A stretch of 51,224 nucleotides of DNA, taken from the NCBI GenBank assembly GCA_002841025.1, contig PHDQ01000001.1:1-51224 (forward strand). The letters are read 5' to 3'. Both the position numbers and the translations under genes were made by a program. Position 1 is the stretch's first letter. Every line of letters begins with the position of its first letter. The stretch comes from Bacteroidetes bacterium HGW-Bacteroidetes-13. Its GTDB lineage: Bacteria; Bacteroidota; Bacteroidia; Flavobacteriales; Flavobacteriaceae. The notes beneath the pieces were generated by a model that saw nothing but the letters and a program-made list of their open reading frames with translations, ran no database searches and was not told where the DNA came from. Positions 36,533 through 44,058 of the stretch are shown here, piece after piece.

Positions 36533-37744
36533 ATGAAAGACATCAATCTATCTATTCACGTCAAAATTGCCCTGCTTTATCTGCTGATTGTCGCTGTTTT
36601 GGGGACAAGCCTCAGGTTGTTCGTCGTGGTTGATATTCCGGCAACCTATCGATTTTTGGTACACACCCATTCGCATATTGCCCTTTTGGGTTGGGTGTAT
36701 TTGGCACTGACAACCTTGCTGTACAAATTGTATTTGGAAAAAGAAAATGTAGCCAAAACCTATCGGCGAATCTATGGGTTTACCCAATTTTCTTTACTCG
36801 GTATGTTGTTGAGTTTTCCATTTCAGGGTTATGCCTTGTTTTCAATAGTTTTTTCAACTTTATTTTTGATTGCCAGCTACTTTTTTGCCTGGTTGTTTTG
36901 GACAAAAACAGCAGGGGAGACCCGAGAACTTCTATCCTACAAAATGATAAAATCGGCACTGGTTTTTATGGTGGTTTCGAGTGTGGGACCTTGGTCTTTG
37001 GGCATCATCATGAATACTTTGGGCAGTTTGTCTATTTGGTATAAACTGTCAATTTATTTCTACCTGCATTTTCAGTACAACGGCTGGTTTATTGTGAGTT
37101 TATTAGGGCTGATGTTTTGTTTTTTGGAACAAAAAAACATTAAAATTTCAATTAACCACAGGTCGTTTCTGTGGTTACTCAACAGCAGCGTGGTGTTGAC
37201 TTTTGCCTTGTCTGTTCTTTGGACAAAACCTATAATATTACTTTATATAATAGCGTTTATAGGTTCTGTTTTACAGTTAGTTGTATATTTTATAATTATT
37301 CTTAAATTGAGGACTGGTTGGCAATTTTTCTCACAAACCCTCAAGCCGGGCGTTACGCGTATGTTGCGGATCGCTTGCTTTTTTTGGTTCGTAAAAATGT
37401 GCCTGCAACTGCTGACGGCTTTTCCGTATTTTGCCGATTTGGCCTTTCAAAATTTAGACTTTGTGATTGGCTATTTGCACTTGGTTTTTTTGGGCGTTGT
37501 GACGATTTCGCTTTGGGCTTTTTTAAAACAAACAGGGTTACTCACAATCCCGAAGTTTACTTTTGCGCTTTTTCTGTCCGCGTTTGTTGTAACGGAATGT
37601 TTACTTTTCTACAAAGGCTCGGCAGCTTGGCTGGGATGGCCGATTTTTGATGTGTATTTTACCGTCTTGGCAGTAGCGAGTGCTTTGTTTGTGGTATGCG
37701 TGTTGTGGGTGTTGGTTGGTGGGAAAAAGAATGCGGTTTGGTGA
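36533..37744 (+). CDS. Polytopic membrane protein of unknown function with repeated His-containing TM motifs
   Basis: 403 aa with about 10-12 predicted TM helices. Motifs are HTHSHIALLGW, LHFQYNGWF and YLHLVFLG. Any resemblance to NnrS-type heme/copper membrane proteins is only tentative. Confidence 0.6.
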   Translation: MKDINLSIHVKIALLYLLIVAVLGTSLRLFVVVDIPATYRFLVHTHSHIALLGWVYLALTTLLYKLYLEKENVAKTYRRIYGFTQFSLLGMLLSFPFQGYALFSIVFSTLFLIASYFFAWLFWTKTAGETRELLSYKMIKSALVFMVVSSVGPWSLGIIMNTLGSLSIWYKLSIYFYLHFQYNGWFIVSLLGLMFCFLEQKNIKISINHRSFLWLLNSSVVLTFALSVLWTKPIILLYIIAFIGSVLQLVVYFIIILKLRTGWQFFSQTLKPGVTRMLRIACFFWFVKMCLQLLTAFPYFADLAFQNLDFVIGYLHLVFLGVVTISLWAFLKQTGLLTIPKFTFALFLSAFVVTECLLFYKGSAAWLGWPIFDVYFTVLAVASALFVVCVLWVLVGGKKNAVW

Positions 37745-37988
37745 TTGATGGATTTTAGAAAGAAGTCACCTCGTACATAAAAGTTTATTTGTACTATAAT
37801 GTTCTGTGTTATGTAACTTGAGCTTTGGTTAAAAGTGAAAGTTGTTACTACAGTTTCTTAAAAAAAAAATTATTCTCAAAGGATTCTTCTATAGTGCTAA
37901 TGAACACTTATTTTGCTGACTGACGAAAGGAGGGAAGTGTAATGTGTGAGGAATGGGAAACTATATAAATATATCTCTTCATTAGCTG

Positions 37989-38184
37989 TTATAGTGGAAA
38001 AAATTCCCTATAATTTAATTTATAATAGAAAATACTAGTACTCAGTCGCTCTTATAATGATTATAATGGAAAATATTCATTTTCAAATATTATTGTTATA
38101 ATGGAATTTATTCTCTAAATAATACTTTATAATGGAAAATTATATGTATTTTTGAATACTAAAGCAGTTTAAATGGAAAATATT
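37989..38184 (+). repeat. Array of ~7 direct repeats TTATAATGGAAAAT(A/T)TT upstream of, and overlapping, the fic start codon
   Basis: Copies start at 37989 (TTATAGTGGAAAAAATT), 38020 (TTATAATAGAAAATACT), 38052 (TTATAATGA), 38061, 38096, 38127 and 38168. The last, TTTAAATGGAAAATATT, contains the ATG at 38173. Spacing is mostly 31-35 bp. Confidence 0.85.
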
Positions 38185-39654
38185 CTACAGATTCATCTTC
38201 AAGAAGTTATTTTTTCTTCAAGTGACAAAAATTTAAGTAAACAAATATCTAAATTAGAAAAAGCTGGAGAAATCAGAAAAATTGCTCCAAGAATATACAC
38301 ATCAAACTTAATTGATGAGCCAGAAGTAATAATAACTAAAAATATTTTTACAATACTTGGTAAATTATATCCGAATTCTGTATTAAGCCATAGATCAGCT
38401 TTAGAATTCAAACCAACAAGTGCAGGTCATATTTTCGTTACATATACATATACAAAAAAAATTAAACTACCTGGAATTACAATCCGTTTTATGGAAGGAA
38501 ATGGTCCAATTGAAGGTGATAATCTTTTCTCTGGAGAACTATTTGTTTCACAACAAGAAAGAGCATTTCTTGAAAACTTACAAGTTTCTAGACAACCAGG
38601 ACCTGAATCCAAAACACTAACATTACCTGAAATTGAAGCTAAATTAGAGCAAATAGTACGCATAAATGGTGAGGATGAAATAAATAAAGTTAGAGATAAT
38701 GCAAGAGTAATTGCCGAAAAACTGGGAATGCAAAGCGAATTCGCTAAATTAAATAGACTAATTAGCGCTTTATTAACTACAAAACCCTCAAAAATATTAA
38801 GTTCACCAATAGCTATGGCAAGGGCTTTTGGAAATCCTTATGATCCAGCTAGAATATCATTATTTGAAACATTGTTCCAGCATCTTAAACGAAATGAATT
38901 TGGTAATTTTCCGGAAATAAATACAGACAAAACAGCATTTAAAAATTTTGCGTTTTTTGAAACCTATTTTTCAAATTATATTGAAGGAACAATTTTCGAA
39001 TTAGAAGAAGCGAAAAGTATTATTAAAACAGAAACTCCAATTGCTAATAGAGATGAAGATTCCCATGATGTTTTAGGGACATACAGAATCGTTAGTAATT
39101 TAAAAGAGATGAATAAAACTCCTGCAACACAAGATGAACTTTTAAACATACTCCAATATAGACATCACATTCTTTTAGAAGCTAGAAAATCAAAAAAACC
39201 AGGTCAATTTAAAGATAAAAATAATAGAGCAGGCGATACGCATTTTGTTGATTTTAATTTGGTAAGAGGCACTCTTATTAAGGGATTTGATTATTATAGG
39301 GCATTAAATAACCCATTTGCGAAAGCTGCATATATAATGTTTATGATTAGTGAGATTCATCCATTTCTAGATGGGAATGGAAGAATAGCTAGAGTAATGA
39401 TGAATGCGGAACTTGTAAAAGAAAAGCAAACTAAAATAATTATCCCAACTGTATATCGTGATGATTATTTAGGTGCATTAAGGCGTTTAACAAGGCAGAA
39501 AGACCCAGTTGCCTATGTAAATATGTTACAAAGAGCTCAAGAATTCAGTTCTACTATAAAAGCAAACGATATGAAGGAAGCAGAAATGCATTTAGAGGCT
39601 TGTAACGCTTTTAAAGAACATGATAAAGCTGTGCTTAAAATAATTAAAACATAA
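38173..39654 (+). CDS. Fic-family (AMPylase-type) protein: AbiEi-like wHTH N-terminal region + autoinhibited class II Fic core
   Basis: The Fic motif HPFLDGNGRIAR is at aa 396-407 (nt 39358-39393). The inhibitory-helix motif SNYIEG = (S/T)xxxE(G/N) is at aa 267-272 (nt 38971-38988). The N-terminal ..LSKQISKLEKAGEIRKIAPRIYTS...VLSHRSALEF resembles AbiEi antitoxin domains. The gene is markedly more AT-rich than its neighbours. Confidence 0.9.
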   Translation: MENILQIHLQEVIFSSSDKNLSKQISKLEKAGEIRKIAPRIYTSNLIDEPEVIITKNIFTILGKLYPNSVLSHRSALEFKPTSAGHIFVTYTYTKKIKLPGITIRFMEGNGPIEGDNLFSGELFVSQQERAFLENLQVSRQPGPESKTLTLPEIEAKLEQIVRINGEDEINKVRDNARVIAEKLGMQSEFAKLNRLISALLTTKPSKILSSPIAMARAFGNPYDPARISLFETLFQHLKRNEFGNFPEINTDKTAFKNFAFFETYFSNYIEGTIFELEEAKSIIKTETPIANRDEDSHDVLGTYRIVSNLKEMNKTPATQDELLNILQYRHHILLEARKSKKPGQFKDKNNRAGDTHFVDFNLVRGTLIKGFDYYRALNNPFAKAAYIMFMISEIHPFLDGNGRIARVMMNAELVKEKQTKIIIPTVYRDDYLGALRRLTRQKDPVAYVNMLQRAQEFSSTIKANDMKEAEMHLEACNAFKEHDKAVLKIIKT

Positions 39655-39756
39655 AGGAAAGAAGAATTATTCTGTTAGAAATATAGTTAGGATGTGTATT
39701 AAATGGTTTTCCAAAATTTATTACAAATTAAATGAACTGTAAACGTAAAGTTGCTG

Positions 39757-39814
39757 TAACATAACATCTGACGATATAAAACACAAAAGTGTTATTATAT
39801 CTGATGTTATGTTA
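39757..39814 (+). other. Long imperfect hairpin downstream of fic
   Basis: TAACATAACATC (39757-39768) pairs with GATGTTATGTTA (39803-39814). An inner GATATAA/TTATATC stem and an apical AACAC-aaaa-GTGTT stem are also present. There is no U-tract. Confidence 0.5.
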
Positions 39815-39888
39815 AATACTACGGAATTCGCTATTTTATGTATGCAATCAATTTGTTCTATAATTTATATTATGTAAAATAGAATGTT

Positions 39889-39927
39889 TAATAAAAACAA
39901 CGGCGAAGTAAATATTCAATTCGCCGC
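39889..39927 (-). terminator. Rho-independent terminator of the DUF885 gene
   Basis: CGGCGAA (39901-39907) pairs with TTCGCCG (39920-39926). On the minus strand the hairpin is followed by TTGTTTTTATT. Confidence 0.65.
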
Positions 39928-39963
39928 TATCACTATCTCATTAAGCATATCTTCAAATCATTT

Positions 39964-40012
39964 CAAGTCCTGATTCCTGATTCTTAAGTCTTAAGTCTTG
40001 CCCCTGGATTCC
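39964..40012. repeat. Heptamer-periodic array abutting the DUF885 stop codon
   Basis: CAAGTCC TGATTCC TGATTCT TAAGTCT TAAGTCT TGCCCCT GGATTCC. The gene's stop (TTA on the plus strand, 40016-40018) follows 3 nt later. Confidence 0.8.
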
Positions 40013-40015
40013 GGC

Positions 40016-41785
40016 TTATTTTCCACCGTCTGCAATCCATTTGTCAATTTTGGTTTCCAACAAGCTCAACGGCAAACTTCCGGACATCAGAACTTGGTTG
40101 TGAAACTTGCGGATATCAAACCGATCTCCCAATTCTTTTTCAGCTTTGGCTCTGAGTTCACGAATTTTTAGCTGCCCAATTTTGTAGGACAACGCTTGTC
40201 CGGGAATTACCATATAACGCTCAATCTCCGCGATGATGCTTTCTTTGCTTCTCGCTTCATTTGCCAACGAATAGTCGATGGCTTGTTCGCGTGTCCAACC
40301 TTTGGCATGCAGCCCCGTGTCAACCACCAAGCGAATGGCTCTGTGCATTTCGGCACTCAACATTCCGAAATATTGGTATGGGTCTTCGTACAAGCCCAGT
40401 TCTTTCCCCAAGGATTCGGCATACAAAGCCCAACCCTCGCCATACGCGCTGTACCAAAGTGTTCTTCTGAATTGCGGCAAATCCTGATTCTCTTGTTGAA
40501 TCGACACTTGATAATGATGCCCGGGAATGGCCTCATGCAAAAACAAATCTTCATCCGAATAGTAATTGTAGGTTTTTATATTCGGAATCGGTACGTAAAA
40601 AATACCCGGTCGTGTACCGTCTAACGATCCTTGATTGTACTCCGCACTCGCAGAGGCTTCCCTGAAAGCTTCGGTGCGGCGAACTTCAAATTGGGTTTTG
40701 GGTTTTAAGTCAAACAGCTTTTCCAGATTGGGCTTCATCCGTTCGTGGATGGCGTTGAAATTGGCAATCACTTGCTCGGGCTTGGTAAACGGTATGAGCT
40801 CTTTTTTGTTTCTCACAACATCAAAAAACGAAATTAGATCACCTTTGTAGCCGACTTCTGTCATCACTTTTTGCATTTCTGCGGAAATTCTGGTTACTTC
40901 GCTCAATCCCAATTGGTGAATTTCTTCGGCAGTCAAATCGGTGGTGGTGTAATATTTTATCCAATATGTATACAATTCCTTGCCGTTCGGAATGCCTTCT
41001 ATTCCCGATGTTTCTCTGCCGGCGGCCAAATAATCGGTCTTGACGTATTCTGTGAGTGCGTGCAAACTCGGAATGAATTTATCGGTCAAAAAAGCGCGAT
41101 ATTCTTCTGTCAGTTCAGATTTTTGACCTTCGGTGAATGTTTTCGGGAAATTTTTCACCGGCGAATAAAACAAATTGTCTTCAACAGGCGTTTTGCTGAA
41201 CTCAACCAACTGCGGAATCATTTTCACAATCAAGGTTTTGGGTAAAACGATTCCCTCCTTCACACCTTTCCGCATATTGGCTTGCGCCGTGTCTATCCAA
41301 ACAGTGAATTTTTCCAATCTTTTGAGCCAATTTCGGTAATCTGTAAATGTTTTAAAGGGTTGTGCCCCACTCCCACTGCCCAATTGTCCCATCGTGAGCT
41401 GCAAAGATGAAAACTGATTGATTGGCATCAACTCGTTTTTAAAATCAAAACTGTGAATGTTTTCATCCAACTCCCACAACAAGATGGCTTTGCTCGTTTT
41501 TTCTTCCGCCGACAGTTTGTCATCCGGATACTGATTGAGCGAATCCTTAAAATTATTGAAAACGGCCAGAGCTTCGGTCTTATAAGCTTGTGTTAAGTTG
41601 TTGGGCAACAAATCGTTGTATCGATTGTCTCCGGCAAATGTAGCGTTCAGCGGATTGAGCTTCAGCGATGCTTCGTAATACGAATCAAACAGTTTGTTGA
41701 TGGGAGGCAATTCAGCTTTTTGTTCCTTTTTACAAGAAACAGAGAAAAGCAGGCAAGCGGTTAGTCCGAAGATTCGTTTTTTCAT
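40016..41785 (-). CDS. DUF885-family lipoprotein (metallopeptidase-like)
   Basis: 589 aa with lipobox LLFSVSC|KKE. LHEAIPGHHYQ is the hallmark DUF885 motif. Confidence 0.85.
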   Translation of the reverse strand: MKKRIFGLTACLLFSVSCKKEQKAELPPINKLFDSYYEASLKLNPLNATFAGDNRYNDLLPNNLTQAYKTEALAVFNNFKDSLNQYPDDKLSAEEKTSKAILLWELDENIHSFDFKNELMPINQFSSLQLTMGQLGSGSGAQPFKTFTDYRNWLKRLEKFTVWIDTAQANMRKGVKEGIVLPKTLIVKMIPQLVEFSKTPVEDNLFYSPVKNFPKTFTEGQKSELTEEYRAFLTDKFIPSLHALTEYVKTDYLAAGRETSGIEGIPNGKELYTYWIKYYTTTDLTAEEIHQLGLSEVTRISAEMQKVMTEVGYKGDLISFFDVVRNKKELIPFTKPEQVIANFNAIHERMKPNLEKLFDLKPKTQFEVRRTEAFREASASAEYNQGSLDGTRPGIFYVPIPNIKTYNYYSDEDLFLHEAIPGHHYQVSIQQENQDLPQFRRTLWYSAYGEGWALYAESLGKELGLYEDPYQYFGMLSAEMHRAIRLVVDTGLHAKGWTREQAIDYSLANEARSKESIIAEIERYMVIPGQALSYKIGQLKIRELRAKAEKELGDRFDIRKFHNQVLMSGSLPLSLLETKIDKWIADGGK

Positions 41786-41819
41786 GGTTTGTTGGTTTTG
41801 ATTAGGATATGTTCAGTTT

Positions 41820-41827
41820 CAAATTTA
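41820..41827 (-). promoter_or_regulatory. Candidate -7 box for the DUF885 gene
   Basis: Plus-strand CAAATTTA equals minus-strand TAAATTTG, 35 nt upstream of the start at 41785. Confidence 0.3.
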
Positions 41828-42045
41828 CAGATAATATTCACGGATTCATCAGAAGTTTTATCAGTATTTACTTTCGCCGTATTTTTACCACAAAGGCAAA
41901 AATCTCACAGAGTTATAAAACTTCACTACAACGAAATTAAGAAAAATAATTATTGTTATCCGTTACATTTTACAACATCTTAGTTATTTTCAAGACAAAA
42001 AAATTATAAACGGATTTTTAATCACTTCTTATTGCGATTATTATT

Positions 42046-42164
42046 TGGCCAAAGCCTTTTGGGGTTGTTGCAGCAGTCATCCCGCTGAAGCGGGATGCAA
42101 TTAATGAATTGGGGTTGGCTTTAGCCAACCTAAATATGTTTGTGAATGTCTTGGCTTTAGCCAA
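42046..42164. repeat. Cluster of small GC-rich hairpin words
   Basis: CATCCCGC-tgaa-GCGGGATG lies at 42078-42097. GGTTGGC-ttta-GCCAACC lies at 42113-42130. TTGGC-ttta-GCCAA lies at 42151-42164. The related TTGGCCAAAGCC starts near 42045. Confidence 0.8.
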
Positions 42165-42320
42165 AATAGATTGCTTTACCGTCAATATTTCATCCTTGAG
42201 GAAAAAGAAGCCCGTTTTATTATAAATACATCATTATCACTTGATATTGAATGGATTAAAATATTAGGCTTAATTTTTATCGGGCACAAATGAAAATAAA
42301 AGAGGTAAACAACCCGTTCC

Positions 42321-42383
42321 CTGAGCGGAGTCGAAGGGAACTTAAAACCTGATGCTTCGACCCCCGATGCTTCGGGGCTCAGC
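42321..42383. repeat. Two inverted copies of the CTGAGCG/GAGTCGAAG modular element
   Basis: CTGAGCGGAGTCGAAGGG (42321-42338) is uninterrupted. The reverse complement of 42355-42383 reads GCTGAG + CCCCGAAGCATCGGGG (hairpin) + GTCGAAGC. Confidence 0.8.
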
Positions 42384-42412
42384 CGCCTATTTTGAAATTT
42401 GGAATTTAAAAA

Positions 42413-42868
42413 TCACCTGTATTCCTTCTTGATTCGATCCAATTTCCGATCGACTTCGCGGGTTTTGAGTGTTTCGCGTTTGTCGTAGAGTTTTTTACCG
42501 CGACCCAAGGCGATTTCAAGCTTGGCCAATCCCCTGTCGTTGATAAACAAGCGCAAAGGAATGATGGTGAGTCCTTTGTTTTCTACATTTTTTTGCAATC
42601 CTTTGAGCTCTTTTTTGGTCAGTAATAACCGGCGTTCGCCACGCGGAACGTGGTTGTAGTGCGTGCCAAACGAATATTCCTGTATGTACATATTCACCAC
42701 AAACAACTCATTTTCATGAAATTCGCAAAAACTTTCGGTAACAGAAGCCTTGCCCAACCGAATGGACTTGATTTCCGTTCCGGTGAGTTGGATGCCCGCG
42801 ACAAATTTGTCCATGATTTCGTAATCGAAACGGGCACGTTTATTAAGTATGTTAATCGGTTTTTGCAT
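42413..42868 (-). CDS. smpB: SsrA-binding protein SmpB
   Basis: 151 aa: NKRARFDYEI...GIQLTGTEIKSIR...LLLTKKELKGL...IPLRLFINDRGLAKLEIALGRGKKLYDKRE. Confidence 0.95.
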   Translation of the reverse strand: MQKPINILNKRARFDYEIMDKFVAGIQLTGTEIKSIRLGKASVTESFCEFHENELFVVNMYIQEYSFGTHYNHVPRGERRLLLTKKELKGLQKNVENKGLTIIPLRLFINDRGLAKLEIALGRGKKLYDKRETLKTREVDRKLDRIKKEYR

Positions 42869-42948
42869 AACTCTGCAAAAGTACTACTTAATCGACGATG
42901 TGCAAAACGGCTAAGTTTTATTACATTTGTGGGATGTCGATAGCCAAC

Positions 42949-42965
42949 CTGCTTGCCGCAGGCAG
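42949..42965. repeat. GC-rich palindrome of the CTGCCTGCC-GGCAGGCAG family
   Basis: CTGCTTGCCGCAGGCAG is self-complementary apart from one G.T pair. Confidence 0.75.
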
Positions 42966-42985
42966 TTAGACAATTGGCAATGGAC

Positions 42986-43020
42986 AAACCTGAAACCTGA
43001 AACCTGAAACCAGAAATATG
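42986..43020 (+). repeat. (AAACCTG)x3 heptamer array running into the start codon of the 43018 gene
   Basis: AAACCTG AAACCTG AAACCTG AAACCAG AAATATG. The final ATG (43018-43020) is the start codon. Confidence 0.9.
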
Positions 43021-43911
43021 AAAACATGGATTTTTTTAGCAGTTTTGACAAGTACAATTCTTGTTGGCTGCCAAGACAAAAACAAAAAAGCGCAAAAAAT
43101 CGAACCGACAGAAACGGCATCGACGGTTGTGCCGGATTCTTGGATAAAAAACAGGGTTGAAAAAACGAAAACGCGTTTGCAGCAAACCGATGCCGGAAAG
43201 GTGGTTTGGGATGCCATGGAAGCCCACGGCGGACTCGAAAAATATTACAGCAACGGCTATTTGTCTTTCCACTTCAACTACCAACCGCTGGGAGAAGGAA
43301 CTCCGCGAAACACCTATCAAATCGTGGACACCTGGAGCAACAAAGCCCGACAAAAAGAGGCAAAAGACACCACTTTACAATACGGCTGGAATGGCGAAAC
43401 CGCTTGGAAATTGGTTAAAGACAGCACTTCCATTCCGTATGACACCCGCTTTTGGGCTCTGACACCTTATTATTTTTCTGCCATCCCTTTTGTTTTGGAC
43501 GGAAGCGGCGTGAATTTGGCGTTGTTGCCGCAAACTACCTACAAAGAGCGATTGAATGACGTCGTGAAAGTGACTTTTGCAGCAGGCACCGGCGACGCAC
43601 CGGACGATTATTACATACTTTATTTTGATGCGGCATCCCACAAACTAACCGTCATACGCTACATTGTTTCGTACCCGGCCTATTTCCCGAAAGGCAAGCA
43701 CATGCCCGAGAAATTTATGGATGTCATCGGCGAACAGGTGGTTGACGGAATCACCTTCCCCAAAAGCTACAAAACCTATTGGCTGACTGCCGATAATTTG
43801 CCCAGCGAATACATCACCGCCATCGAATTGAGCGAAGTTTCCTTCAAAAAAGATGTGAAGAAAACGTATTTTGATCCACCGAAAGGTGCGGTTATTGTGG
43901 ATGGATTGTAG
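43018..43911 (+). CDS. Hypothetical lipoprotein
   Basis: 297 aa with lipobox ILVGC|QDK. It is a distant paralogue of the 44510 protein, sharing the ..HGG..Y...F.F.. and ..V(K/E)VTF..G..D.. blocks. Confidence 0.7.
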   Translation: MKTWIFLAVLTSTILVGCQDKNKKAQKIEPTETASTVVPDSWIKNRVEKTKTRLQQTDAGKVVWDAMEAHGGLEKYYSNGYLSFHFNYQPLGEGTPRNTYQIVDTWSNKARQKEAKDTTLQYGWNGETAWKLVKDSTSIPYDTRFWALTPYYFSAIPFVLDGSGVNLALLPQTTYKERLNDVVKVTFAAGTGDAPDDYYILYFDAASHKLTVIRYIVSYPAYFPKGKHMPEKFMDVIGEQVVDGITFPKSYKTYWLTADNLPSEYITAIELSEVSFKKDVKKTYFDPPKGAVIVDGL

Positions 43912-44058
43912 AATTATTGATTGGTATTGGTTTAATTGTTGGCAACAATGGTAAGTTCTATCACTACGAAATACCACAGAGAGACTTGAAAACGAATCTA
44001 TCACGAGCCTAAATGATTGACAGTAAATATTGTTTAAATTTGGAGCAAACTAAAAAAT

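Noticed and set aside
38020-38143. TATAAT hexamers in the fic upstream repeats read as sigma-70 -10 boxes.
   Set aside because: Bacteroidota primary sigma factors recognise TAnnTTTG/-33 TTG rather than TATAAT/TTGACA. The hexamer is part of a longer repeat unit, so on its own it is not evidence for multiple promoters.
37804-39815. Possible att-like direct repeats flanking the fic islet: CTGTGTTATGTAAC at 37804-37817 and CTGATGTTATGTTAA at 39801-39815.
   Set aside because: The match is only about 12-13 nt, needs indels, and sits in very AT-rich DNA. The right copy is also one arm of the hairpin. No integrase or tRNA target supports site-specific integration.
41786-42412. tmRNA (ssrA) gene expected near smpB.
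   Set aside because: I could find no tRNA-Ala-like acceptor/T-arm (GGGG...TTCGA...CCACCA) and no plausible tag-peptide frame by eye. ssrA is usually unlinked to smpB in Bacteroidota. A covariance-model scan would be needed to be certain.
42876-42883. A TAnnTTTG match (minus strand TACTTTTG) only 8 nt upstream of the smpB ATG, considered as a promoter.
   Set aside because: The spacing would put the transcription start on or inside the start codon, giving a leaderless transcript. That is possible but unsupported, so I did not list it as a feature.
41887-43983. Shared words between two intergenic regions: ACCACAAAGG...TCACTACAACGAAAT at 41887-41937 and TCACTACGAAAT-ACCACAGAGAG at 43961-43983.
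   Set aside because: The matches are only 10-13 nt, permuted in order and imperfect. They could belong to the same loose family of intergenic words, but the evidence within this window is too thin for a repeat call.
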